A stretch of DNA of 64,000 bases, taken from an uncultured Chloroflexia bacterium (GTDB lineage: Bacteria > Chloroflexota > Limnocylindria > Limnocylindrales > CSP1-4). Location: assembly GCA_963809045.1 (NCBI GenBank), contig CAWEHW010000004.1, positions 2,221,904 to 2,285,903 on the forward strand, given 5' to 3'. How positions within the stretch are numbered: the stretch's first letter is position 1; each line of letters begins with the position of its first letter. The position numbers and the translations under genes were made by a program. This document shows positions 10,800-18,839 of this stretch, piece after piece. Below the pieces are notes generated by a model, which was not told the origin of the DNA, did not search any database, and saw nothing but the letters and a program-made list of their open reading frames with translations.

Positions 10800-10952
10800 T
10801 TCACAGTACGCCAGGTGACCGAGTACGCCAGCGACGGTCCAGTACTCGTTCACGGGAGCGTCGAGTGCCGCGTCGTCCGCGAACTCGATGAGTGCGCGAA
10901 GGCGCTCTCGCTGGCGGGTGTTCGCTTCGATGTAGGCCCGATCCTCAGTCAT
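10800..10952 (-). pseudogene. DinB/MDMPI-N-like gene fragment (5' part only)
   Basis: ORF 10653..10952(-) begins MTEDRAYIEANTRQRERLRALIEFADDAALDAPVNEYWTVAGVLGHLAY, a DinB-type helix 1-2 pattern with the conserved His. It then runs into the 3' end of ettA as Arg/Pro-rich nonsense. No continuation is visible in any frame. Confidence 0.35.
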
Positions 10953-11014
10953 GGTCTGACGATACAGCCCCGGGACTTGAGGCTGCGGACCGGGCGGGCC
11001 GGCGGAAGGCCCGC

Positions 11015-11434
11015 CTACTCGGCGCCGATCGGTTCGAGCGTGATCACCGGGATCTTTCGGCCGGCCTTTGCGGGGTAGGCAGCGAAGTCGGGCCGAGACT
11101 CGACGAGGGCGTCCCAGAGCCGCCGGTATTCGGCCTCATCGGTGACAACCTGCGCTCGCGCCTGGAACACTCTTGCCCGGGCCTCCACCTTGACCTCTGG
11201 GTTCTTCGTGACGTTGCGAACCCAGGCCGGGTCCTTGGGTGCGCCGCTGGCCGTGCCCGCGATGACGTACTTCTCGCCATCGCGCACGAACGACAGGATC
11301 GCCTCGCGCGGCTCGCCAGTGCGAGCTCCGGTGGAGGTCATGATCATGTGGGGCTTGCCCGCGAGCGGGCCCGAGGAGATTTCGCCGTCGCCTGACCGAA
11401 GGTCGGCCATGAGCATTCGAGTCCAGTCAGCCAT
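11015..11434 (-). CDS. deazaflavin (F420)-dependent nitroreductase family protein (DDN-like)
   Basis: Start at MADWTRML (ATG 11434, GGAAGGAG RBS). MIMTSTGARTGEPREAILSFVRDGEKYVIAGTASGAPKDPAWVRNV...PEV pattern typical of the split-barrel DDN/PF04075 family. Confidence 0.8.
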   Translation of the reverse strand: MADWTRMLMADLRSGDGEISSGPLAGKPHMIMTSTGARTGEPREAILSFVRDGEKYVIAGTASGAPKDPAWVRNVTKNPEVKVEARARVFQARAQVVTDEAEYRRLWDALVESRPDFAAYPAKAGRKIPVITLEPIGAE

Positions 11435-11568
11435 CGCTGGCTCCTTCCGTACAGTCGTTGCAGAGGCAACGATCTCACGAAACCGGCCAGGGTGCAATGA
11501 AGCAACGGGCATGGGGGCTCGGGCGAAGCCCGATTGACTCATGTCGATGAGTCACCTACGCTCCTTGG

Positions 11569-11832
11569 GTGACTAAACGACTGCAAGTGCTCCTCGATGC
11601 CTCCGAGCTTCGGACGATCCAGCGACTCGCGCGCCGCGAGAAGCTGACGACGGCCGAATGGGTTCGACGTCGCCTCCGCGAAGGCGCCGCGAGCGCGCGT
11701 GGCGATACCGCGTCAAAGCTCGCCGCGATCCACGCCGGCTATCGCCATACTCCTGCGGTGCCTGAGGTGGACATCGATCAGATGCTGGCCGAGATCGAGC
11801 AGGGTTATCTGACCGGTCCGCCGGAGACGTGA
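11569..11832 (+). CDS. vapB: type II antitoxin (VapB-like, ribbon-helix-helix type)
   Basis: 87 aa. Its stop overlaps the start of the PIN toxin gene by 4 nt. N-terminal RLQVLLDASELRTIQRLARREKLTTAEWVRRRL is RHH/CopG-like. Confidence 0.7.
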   Translation: MTKRLQVLLDASELRTIQRLARREKLTTAEWVRRRLREGAASARGDTASKLAAIHAGYRHTPAVPEVDIDQMLAEIEQGYLTGPPET

Positions 11833-12224
11833 TCTTCGTCGACGCCAACATCCCGATGTACCTGGTCGGCGGCGAGCATCCGAACCGGGAGGCGGCGCGG
11901 CGCGCGCTCGAAGAGGCCGTGACTTCCGGCGAATCCCTGTGCAGCGATGCCGAGGTCTTGCAGGAGATCCTGCACCGATACACGGCGACGCGTCGCACGG
12001 ACAGCATCGACCCCGCATTTGACGCGCTCCTGGCGATCGTCGACATCGTCTATCCCATCGAGCGGACCGATGTCGAACGGGCTCGGCGTCTGCTCAAGAC
12101 GACGCCGAAGTTGGGCGCGCGCGACGCCATCCACGTTGCGGTCATGCAGGGACGCGACATCGGCCGGATCCTCAGCTTCGACACCGGGTTCGATGGACTC
12201 CCAGGCATCGTCCGAGTGGCCTGA
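11829..12224 (+). CDS. vapC: PIN-domain ribonuclease toxin VapC
   Basis: MIFVDANIPMYL... (first acidic residue), ...DAEVLQEILH..., ...GARDAIHVAVM..., ...ILSFDTGFD: the four PIN acidic motifs in order. Confidence 0.85.
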   Translation: MIFVDANIPMYLVGGEHPNREAARRALEEAVTSGESLCSDAEVLQEILHRYTATRRTDSIDPAFDALLAIVDIVYPIERTDVERARRLLKTTPKLGARDAIHVAVMQGRDIGRILSFDTGFDGLPGIVRVA

Positions 12225-12257
12225 ACGTTCGGGCGACATAGCCCAGCGGCCATAAGG

Positions 12258-12530
12258 TCAAGTGCGGCGGTACGTGCTCTCTGAACGTCGAGCGACCCGC
12301 AATACGACGACGAGCCTCTCCTCGTCATCGATCTCATAGATCACGCGCAGGTCGCCCACGCGGAGCCTCCAGATGTCGGAATCGACGAGCTTCGTGGCGC
12401 CTGCCGGGCGTGGGTCGATCCCGAGGGCCAGGATCGGTCCGCGTAACTTCGCCGCCTCACCCGGTGGCAGGCGCCTAAGTTGCCGCTGAACCGCTGGAGC
12501 CAGGTCGACGCGGTAGCGCGCCCCGCTCAC
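12258..12530 (-). CDS. relE: RelE/ParE-family type II toxin
   Basis: 90 aa. YRVDLAPAVQRQLRRLP...IWRLRVGDLRVIYEIDDEERLVVVLRVARRSE is the RelE/StbE-type pattern. 4-nt overlap with the upstream antitoxin. Confidence 0.8.
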   Translation of the reverse strand: MSGARYRVDLAPAVQRQLRRLPPGEAAKLRGPILALGIDPRPAGATKLVDSDIWRLRVGDLRVIYEIDDEERLVVVLRVARRSESTYRRT

Positions 12531-12781
12531 CGGCCTGGATCGTAGGTTGCCTTCGTTTCGGCGGCGAGCTTGCCGAAGAACGCCTCGGCCGACTCGCCGC
12601 CGTCCCGCCGGTATTCCTCGAGCGCAGCATGCGAGGACTCGAGGTCTTCGCGTGTCTCCTCTGCTTCGAGCCAGGCGGCAAGTGCTCCATCGACGACCTC
12701 GCGGACGCTTCGGTCAGATCGAGCCGCTTCGACCTTGATGGCGCGGTAGACATCCGAGTCGATATCGAGCGTAACCTTCAT
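12527..12781 (-). CDS. type II antitoxin (RHH-type) cognate to the RelE-like toxin
   Basis: 84 aa. MKVTLDIDSDVYRAIKVEAARSDRSVREVVDGAL is an RHH-like N-terminus. Overlaps the toxin start. Confidence 0.7.
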   Translation of the reverse strand: MKVTLDIDSDVYRAIKVEAARSDRSVREVVDGALAAWLEAEETREDLESSHAALEEYRRDGGESAEAFFGKLAAETKATYDPGR

Positions 12782-12793
12782 GGACCCATCTTA

Positions 12794-12805
12794 CCAGCAT
12801 GCTGG
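12794..12805. promoter_or_regulatory. perfect 12-bp palindrome CCAGCATGCTGG, candidate RelBE operator
   Basis: Read directly. Lies 13-24 nt upstream of the antitoxin start codon (12781, minus strand). Confidence 0.35.
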
Positions 12806-12842
12806 CTATCTTGGCCCTTGCCAGAGTGGTGACATGGGTCAT

Positions 12843-12855
12843 ATATTGACAATAT
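12843..12855. promoter_or_regulatory. AT-rich 13-bp palindrome ATATTG-A-CAATAT, candidate TetR operator
   Basis: Read directly. Perfect 6+1+6 palindrome overlapping the TetR ATG (12854). Conspicuously AT-rich in a GC-rich genome. Confidence 0.4.
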
Positions 12856-13474
12856 GCCTCATATCGCGAATACAAAACCGCAGCCTCGGGAGTACCGAAG
12901 CGAACTGCGGGCTCGGCACACGGAGGAGACACGAACACGAATCCTTGAGGCTGCGCTGCGGGTCATCTCCGCCGGGTTCGCCAGCATTTCCATCCCGTAC
13001 GTGGCCCGCGAAGCCGGCGTCTCGGTCCCGACGGTCTACCGCCACTTCAAGACCAAGCAGGACCTGCTCGACGCGCTCTATCCGTACGCGCTCCACCGCG
13101 CGGGTCTCTCCATGCCGCCACCGCCGACGACGGTGGCGGAGCTCCGCCAGGCCGTCATCGACTACATCGGCCGCCTCGACTCGCTCGACGACGTCACTCG
13201 TGCTGGCATGGCAAGCCCGGCATCAGAGGAGATTCGAGCCCGGAGCATTGGCCGCCGGTACGCCGTCTTCCGTCCGCTCGTCGAGTCGATCGAGCCTCCG
13301 CTTTCGAAGGCGAATCGCGAGCGTGTCCTGCGCTTGATCGTGGTGCTGACCCAGTCGTCGGCGCTGCGGATGCTGCACGACCACCTCGGCCAGTCGCCAG
13401 AGCAGGTCGCAGCCGATGTCGACTGGTTCGTACGCGCCGCGGTCGCGTCCGCGGGTGGGAGGGCTGCACAGTGA
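12854..13474 (+). CDS. TetR/AcrR family transcriptional regulator
   Basis: N-terminal HTH TRTRILEAALRVISAGFASISIPYVAREAGVSVPTVYRHFKTKQDLLDAL. 206 aa. Stop overlaps the next gene (GTGA). Confidence 0.85.
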   Translation: MPHIANTKPQPREYRSELRARHTEETRTRILEAALRVISAGFASISIPYVAREAGVSVPTVYRHFKTKQDLLDALYPYALHRAGLSMPPPPTTVAELRQAVIDYIGRLDSLDDVTRAGMASPASEEIRARSIGRRYAVFRPLVESIEPPLSKANRERVLRLIVVLTQSSALRMLHDHLGQSPEQVAADVDWFVRAAVASAGGRAAQ

Positions 13475-15678
13475 CCCTGATGGCGGTGCCCGTGGCAACA
13501 TCGTTGGTTCGCAGGCTGCGGGACGTGCGGTCAACGGACGCAAGCGAGGTTGGCGGCAAGGCCGCGAGCCTCGGCGAGCTCATGGCAGCCGGCATTCGCG
13601 TTCCCGAGGGCGTCGTCCTGACGCTCGACGCCGCCGCCCTGGACGCAAACGATCGGCGAGCGCTGCTTGAGGGTGTCGTCGGCGAGCTCGGCGATGGCCC
13701 ATTCGCCGTCCGTTCGAGCGGGATCGCCGAAGACGGCGCCGCGCAGTCGTACGCCGGGATGTTCGAATCGGTCCTGGGTGTCGCGGCGCACGACCTGCCA
13801 GCGGCGGTCGATCGAATCCTCGCCAGCGCCGGCGCGGGTCGCGTCGCCGAATACGCGAGCGCCGGTCACGACATCCGGATGGCCGTCATCGTCCAGCGGC
13901 TGGTCGATGCCACGGCAGCGGGCGTCGCGCTGACCGCCGATCCGTTGACCGGCGAACGCACGGTCGCGGTGGTCACCGCGGTCAAGGGCCTCGGGGACCG
14001 GTTGGTGTCGGGCCAGGCGATTGGCGACGAATTCATCGTTCGGGGCAACAAAGCCACACGCAACCGGCAGCTCGAGGGCGCCATCGACTCGCACCAGGCC
14101 GGCCAGATCGCGCTCGAAGCCCGCCGGATCGAGGCGGGACGTGGCGAGCCGCAGGACGTCGAATGGGCCATCGATCGCGAAGGCACCCTGTGGATCCTTC
14201 AGGCACGGCCGATGACCGCGCTGCCCGCGGACGTCTCGTGGGCGTCCCCGGCGAGTGGCGCCTTCACAAGAACGCTGCGGTTCGGCGAATGGATCTCCGA
14301 ACCGGTCACGCCCCTCTTCGAGTCGTGGCTGCTATCGGGGATGGAGGAGCGGTTCCACGCCGATCTCCTGCAAATCGTCCGCCAGCGGGTGCCACGTCCG
14401 TTCCACGTCGTGGTCAATGGCTGGTATTTCTACTCGATGAACTGGATGCTCCCGGGCCCGATGCTCCGCAACCTGCCGCGGATGCTGGGGAACGCGATCC
14501 GACATCCCCGCGTGATGGCGGGAATCTTGCCGCCGACCGTCCGCCACAGTATCCCGATCCTCGAACGGGAATGGCGGGAAGACATCCGGCCGCGCTACCG
14601 GGCTGCGGTCGCGGATGCCGAGGAGCGGGTGGAGCGCCTCGCGGTCACCGAGCTTCCAGGTCTCGTCGACGAGCTGGCGGATCTCGCCGGCGAGTACTTC
14701 ACCTCGATCGCGTCCTTCGGGGGCACCGCCTACAAGATGGAGATCAACCTCGCTCGCTTCTATCGGCGGCATATCGGCAAGCGTGTCGGCGGAAGCCATC
14801 TGCCGCTGCTCACGGGCTTCGATGTTCCGGTCGAACCAGACCGGCACGCGATGCCCTCGTTGGACTGGTGGCGCGCGCCCGGGCCGCCACCGAGCGTTGC
14901 GGGTGTGGTGATTCCCGACCGTGCCCGCCTCGTCGCGGAGCGGGAGTCGGCCGAGGCAGTCGCGTTCGAGGCGCTCGCTCACGCTCCCCGGAAGCTCGCG
15001 GCGTTTCGGAAGCTCCTGGCCGAGACCCAGCGCCTCGTGCCGATCCGGGAAGAAATTGTCCGCGAGCTGACGCGGCCGTGGCCGGTCATGCGCCGCGCCG
15101 TGCTGCGGATGGGTGACGCGCTCGTCGAGCGCGGGATGATCGCGAGCGCGGACGACGTGTTCTTCCTGACGCGCGGCGAGGCAATGATGGGTTTGCGTGG
15201 CGATCAGCCGAGCGCACCGATCGACGTCGGGGCTCGGCGCCGTGTCCGCGACGAGCAGTCGAAGCTCGTTGCGCCCTTGTTCGTCGGGAACCGGGCGGGG
15301 CTCGTCAAGCGCATTGCCGGGATGTTCGCAGGCATGGTCGGCGCCAGGCGCTCGGAGCGGGCGATCGTCTCGGGCGCGCCCGCTTCGCCGGGTCGGGTGA
15401 CCGGGACCGTTCGGGTGGTTCGCGGCCCGGATGACTTCGAAACGCTCCAGGCAGGCGAGATCCTCGTCGCGCCGATCACGGCGCCAGCCTGGACGCCGCT
15501 CTTCCTGCGAGCCGCTGCGGTCGTGACCGACGTCGGGAGCGCGGCTGCCCACGCCTCGATCATCGCCCGCGAATACGGCATCCCGGCCGTGGTCGGGTGC
15601 GGGGACGCGACGGCCCGCCTTCGGGATGGCATGCGAGTCACGGTCGACGGCAGCACGGGGAATGTCGAGCCAGCGTAG
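13471..15678 (+). CDS. PEP/pyruvate-binding + PEP-utilising mobile-domain protein (PEP-synthase-like; rifampicin-phosphotransferase-type architecture)
   Basis: N-terminal ATP-grasp-like PPDK_N pattern (VGGKAASLGELMAAGIRVPEGVVLT ... FAVRSSGIAEDG ... WAIDREGTLWILQARPMT). C-terminal swivel domain with catalytic His (TDVGSAAAHASIIAREYGIPAVVG). Confidence 0.8.
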   Translation: MTLMAVPVATSLVRRLRDVRSTDASEVGGKAASLGELMAAGIRVPEGVVLTLDAAALDANDRRALLEGVVGELGDGPFAVRSSGIAEDGAAQSYAGMFESVLGVAAHDLPAAVDRILASAGAGRVAEYASAGHDIRMAVIVQRLVDATAAGVALTADPLTGERTVAVVTAVKGLGDRLVSGQAIGDEFIVRGNKATRNRQLEGAIDSHQAGQIALEARRIEAGRGEPQDVEWAIDREGTLWILQARPMTALPADVSWASPASGAFTRTLRFGEWISEPVTPLFESWLLSGMEERFHADLLQIVRQRVPRPFHVVVNGWYFYSMNWMLPGPMLRNLPRMLGNAIRHPRVMAGILPPTVRHSIPILEREWREDIRPRYRAAVADAEERVERLAVTELPGLVDELADLAGEYFTSIASFGGTAYKMEINLARFYRRHIGKRVGGSHLPLLTGFDVPVEPDRHAMPSLDWWRAPGPPPSVAGVVIPDRARLVAERESAEAVAFEALAHAPRKLAAFRKLLAETQRLVPIREEIVRELTRPWPVMRRAVLRMGDALVERGMIASADDVFFLTRGEAMMGLRGDQPSAPIDVGARRRVRDEQSKLVAPLFVGNRAGLVKRIAGMFAGMVGARRSERAIVSGAPASPGRVTGTVRVVRGPDDFETLQAGEILVAPITAPAWTPLFLRAAAVVTDVGSAAAHASIIAREYGIPAVVGCGDATARLRDGMRVTVDGSTGNVEPA

Positions 15679-15731
15679 CAATTCGCCTCGGGGTTGTTGC
15701 CTCTCGCCCCGGGGTGACGCATCCTTCCTGC

Positions 15732-16565
15732 ATGCCGTTCTACATGGACCGCCACGAGTTCTCGGCGATTACCGCTGAAGCCGCCGCGCAGTCCCACCTC
15801 ATGGACATCGCGATCCAGGACCAGTTCGGGGTGCGGTTCCTCACCTACTGGTTTGACGATGAGCGCCAGACCGCGTTCTGCCTCGCGAAGGCGCCGAGCC
15901 CTGACGCCGTGGAGGATGTCCACCGCGCCTCACACGGCTTCATGGGCTACGAGATCATCGAGGTCGATCCGCGAATGGTCGAGCTCTTCATGGGCGGCAT
16001 CGTCGAGCACGCCCCCGGCGAACCTTATGTCGCGACGGCCTTCCGGACGATTTTGTTCACCGACATCGAGGGCTCCACGCGCCTGACGCAGGAGCTCGGT
16101 GACGCCCGCTCGATGGCGCTCCTGCGCAACCACGACCGGATCCTGCGCGAATCGCTGGCCCGCCGTGGCGGGTCAGAGGTCAAGCACACCGGCGACGGGA
16201 TGATGGCCTCGTTCCCTCTCGTGAGCAGCGCCATCGAATGCGCCATCGACATCCAGCGGCGGCTCGCGCAGGAGGACGTCGGTGGGACGCGACTTCGTCT
16301 CCGGATCGGCCTCGCGGCCGGCGAGCCGGTCACCGAAGGCGACGACCTCTTTGGGGCAGCCGTGCAGCAAGCAGCCCGGCTCTGCCAACGGGCGAAGCCG
16401 GAGACGATCCTCGTGTCGAGCGGCGTCCGTGATCTCGCAGTCGGCAAGACGTTCGCCTTCGAGAAGCGTGGCCGGCTGACCCTCAAAGGCTTCGACGAAC
16501 CCGTGCCCACCTTCGAAGTCGTGTGGCAGGAGCAAGCCGCAGCAACGTCAGTGGGACAGACCTAG
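15732..16565 (+). CDS. DUF4242-like domain / class III nucleotide cyclase fusion
   Basis: N-terminal MPFYMDRHEF...HLMDIAIQDQFGVRFLTYWFDDERQTAFCLAKAPSPDAVEDVHRASHG (SCO4226/DUF4242-like). Followed by ILFTDIEGSTRL...GSEVKHTGDGMMASF...LRIGLAAGEP...GAAVQQAARL. Confidence 0.8.
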   Translation: MPFYMDRHEFSAITAEAAAQSHLMDIAIQDQFGVRFLTYWFDDERQTAFCLAKAPSPDAVEDVHRASHGFMGYEIIEVDPRMVELFMGGIVEHAPGEPYVATAFRTILFTDIEGSTRLTQELGDARSMALLRNHDRILRESLARRGGSEVKHTGDGMMASFPLVSSAIECAIDIQRRLAQEDVGGTRLRLRIGLAAGEPVTEGDDLFGAAVQQAARLCQRAKPETILVSSGVRDLAVGKTFAFEKRGRLTLKGFDEPVPTFEVVWQEQAAATSVGQT

Positions 16566-16620
16566 GAGCATCATGACGGGTCAGTCGCGGCCGGTCGTGC
16601 CCAGAGTGTCTCGAGCCTCG

Positions 16621-17337
16621 TCACGGCTCCGGTATGACGTGGATGTCGCCGTCAGTCGTAGGTGAACTGGCGGGATCACCAAAGCCCGTGGTATCGCAGT
16701 CAGGTCGGCCGGTCCCGATGATCATGCCGTTCGGGCGATCGCTGACCATCACCACGAAGTCCGTCCAGTCGGCTCGACCGCCGAAGACGCCGGTGTTGCC
16801 GTCGATCCGGGCGCAGGTGACAGCTCCGGTGACGTGGTTCGGGCCTGAAGGATCCGCCACGCTGCCGTCGAAGACGCCGTGAGCACCACCCTCATGGTCG
16901 ATCCAGACATCAATCGTGAAAGGACGGCCTTCGAGATGTCCGATCCCGGAAATCGTGGCGAACGGCCATGGCGTCGGTGTTGGCGGCGTCGACGGGGCGA
17001 GGCTTTCGCTCGGTTCCGACGTGGGTCCCGGACTGAGCGAAGGCTTGGGATGGGGCGCGGGCGCGGGCGTGGGCGGCGGGTTGGTCGCATCTGACTCGAT
17101 CGTCGGGAGCGGGGTCGCATTCGGCGACGTCTCGGCGGTTGGAGGAAGGGTCAGCGCAGGGGTTGACGGAGGGGCAGCAAGCGACGCGTCGGCCACTGGC
17201 GACGAACCAGGGGACTCGGTCTCACCGGTCGCGTTCGACGGAGGTGCGCTGACCGAGCAGCCGGTCATCAGCAAGGAAGCGGCGATCAGTCCGGTGGCCG
17301 ACCGGCTCGGCGTTCGCGAACGAAGGAGCGTCCCCAT
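16621..17337 (-). CDS. lipoprotein with Pro/Ser/Thr-rich linker, hypothetical
   Basis: Signal peptide plus lipobox (LIAASLLMTGC), about 100 aa of P/S/T-rich spacer, then a C-terminal globular domain. Confidence 0.6.
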   Translation of the reverse strand: MGTLLRSRTPSRSATGLIAASLLMTGCSVSAPPSNATGETESPGSSPVADASLAAPPSTPALTLPPTAETSPNATPLPTIESDATNPPPTPAPAPHPKPSLSPGPTSEPSESLAPSTPPTPTPWPFATISGIGHLEGRPFTIDVWIDHEGGAHGVFDGSVADPSGPNHVTGAVTCARIDGNTGVFGGRADWTDFVVMVSDRPNGMIIGTGRPDCDTTGFGDPASSPTTDGDIHVIPEP

Positions 17338-17385
17338 CTCGACCTGTGACGCTAGTGGTGGGATCGCAGGTTACTCCTCGCGAAG

Positions 17386-17769
17386 TCAGCGGGGTAGCGA
17401 CGTTGAATGGACCGCCTCGAGTGCGCACACGACGAGCGCGCCGTCCGCCCCTGCGCCGCCGAAGAGCGTCACTTCGTCGCCAGATGCTGCAATGAACTCC
17501 GATCCTCGAACGAGCTCGCCGAGCCCGTTGGCCGCACCTCGAACTTCGATAGCTCCGGGGATCAGCGGGATGACGTCTCCCTCGGGTGTCTCGAGACGCC
17601 CACCCGCCGAATCGATCCGCAGCGTGCCGCGCCACAGGCTGGCTGCCCTGGCATCGCCTTCCGCCCAACATTTGTCGCGGCCACCGAGCATGTTGGTCGA
17701 GCAACCGGCCAGCGTGAGGAGGACGGCCGCGACGACGACCGCCAAGTCATGGCGGAGGCGCGATCGCAT
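17386..17769 (-). CDS. small lipoprotein, hypothetical
   Basis: Signal peptide plus lipobox (VAAVLLTLAGC). 127 aa. Confidence 0.55.
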   Translation of the reverse strand: MRSRLRHDLAVVVAAVLLTLAGCSTNMLGGRDKCWAEGDARAASLWRGTLRIDSAGGRLETPEGDVIPLIPGAIEVRGAANGLGELVRGSEFIAASGDEVTLFGGAGADGALVVCALEAVHSTSLPR

Positions 17770-17804
17770 GGTTTGATAGTACGAGTCGAGCTAAGCTCCG
17801 ACCC

Positions 17805-18371
17805 GTGAGACGACTCGAGTTCTACATGATCCTCACGGCCGACGGCCTGTATGCCGATCCTGACGGCGGTCTCGGCCACTACGACCCGGCCGAGGACGAG
17901 CATCGATACGCGAACGAGCTGACGCGCGACAACGGCGGCATCGTCATGGGCCGGGTGATGTACGACGTCATGGAGTACTGGGACACCGTGGATGTCGACG
18001 ATCCGGCGACGCCCGAGGTCGAGCGCGAGTTCGCGAAGTACTGGCGGGAGACGCCAAAGTACGTCGTGTCTCGCGGCAAGCCGGCCCTTCGCGCGAACGC
18101 GACGCTCCTCGAGGGCGATCCGGTCGAGGCGGTGCGAGCGCTCAAGGCGACCGACGGGCCGGTCCTGGGGCTCGGCTGCGGCGCGGACCTGCTGGCGACG
18201 CTGAGCGAGGCCGGGCTCGTGGATGCCTACCGGTTGATGATGACGACGACGGTGCTCGGCCAGGGCAAGCACATGTTCGGATCGTTCCATGAGCCGTTGC
18301 GCCTGCGGTTGACCGGCACACGCACGTTCGACGCCGGCAGCGTGCTCCTGGAGTACGAACCCCTCCGTTGA
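17805..18371 (+). CDS. dihydrofolate-reductase-family protein (RibD C-terminal domain type)
   Basis: LEFYMILTADGLYADP..., IVMGRVMYDVM..., KYVVSR..., GPVLGLGCGADLLATL...GLVDAYRLMMTTTVLGQGKHMF pattern. Confidence 0.75.
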   Translation: MRRLEFYMILTADGLYADPDGGLGHYDPAEDEHRYANELTRDNGGIVMGRVMYDVMEYWDTVDVDDPATPEVEREFAKYWRETPKYVVSRGKPALRANATLLEGDPVEAVRALKATDGPVLGLGCGADLLATLSEAGLVDAYRLMMTTTVLGQGKHMFGSFHEPLRLRLTGTRTFDAGSVLLEYEPLR

Positions 18372-18808
18372 CGGCTGACGTGGACGGGCTGGGCGAGCTG
18401 ACGCCGGAGCTGCGCCGCCGGCTGCGGATCTTGGGTGACCTGTTGCCGATTCTCGAGGCGCCCGACCTCGTTGCCGGCGAATGGCACTACTCCGAGCGCC
18501 GGGACGACGGCGTCATCGTGATGCCGTGGTACGAGCTCGGCGACGCGGGACATGCCTTCACCCGGGCTGTTGGCGAGAGCGGGTTCATGCTGCTGGGGTT
18601 TGCGTGGCCGGACTGGGCTTCGACGCCGGAGTCGATCGCACTCCGAACCGATCGCGACGCGCTCGCCCAGGCGACGCCCGATCAACTCGCGAAGCTGGTG
18701 ACGATGCTGATCCGCGAGGATCGGTTCAACGAAGGCGCGCTCGCCCACTCGTTCGACACGGGACTCATCGCCGCGATCGCGCGCAGGGCGAAGGCCCTGG
18801 CCGACTAG
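18368..18808 (+). CDS. hypothetical protein
   Basis: 146-aa ORF with a TTG start overlapping the upstream stop. Coding-like composition. No family recognised with confidence. Confidence 0.5.
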   Translation: MTADVDGLGELTPELRRRLRILGDLLPILEAPDLVAGEWHYSERRDDGVIVMPWYELGDAGHAFTRAVGESGFMLLGFAWPDWASTPESIALRTDRDALAQATPDQLAKLVTMLIREDRFNEGALAHSFDTGLIAAIARRAKALAD

Positions 18809-18839
18809 GAGTAGGGCCAGCACGTGGCCGACACCGCCG

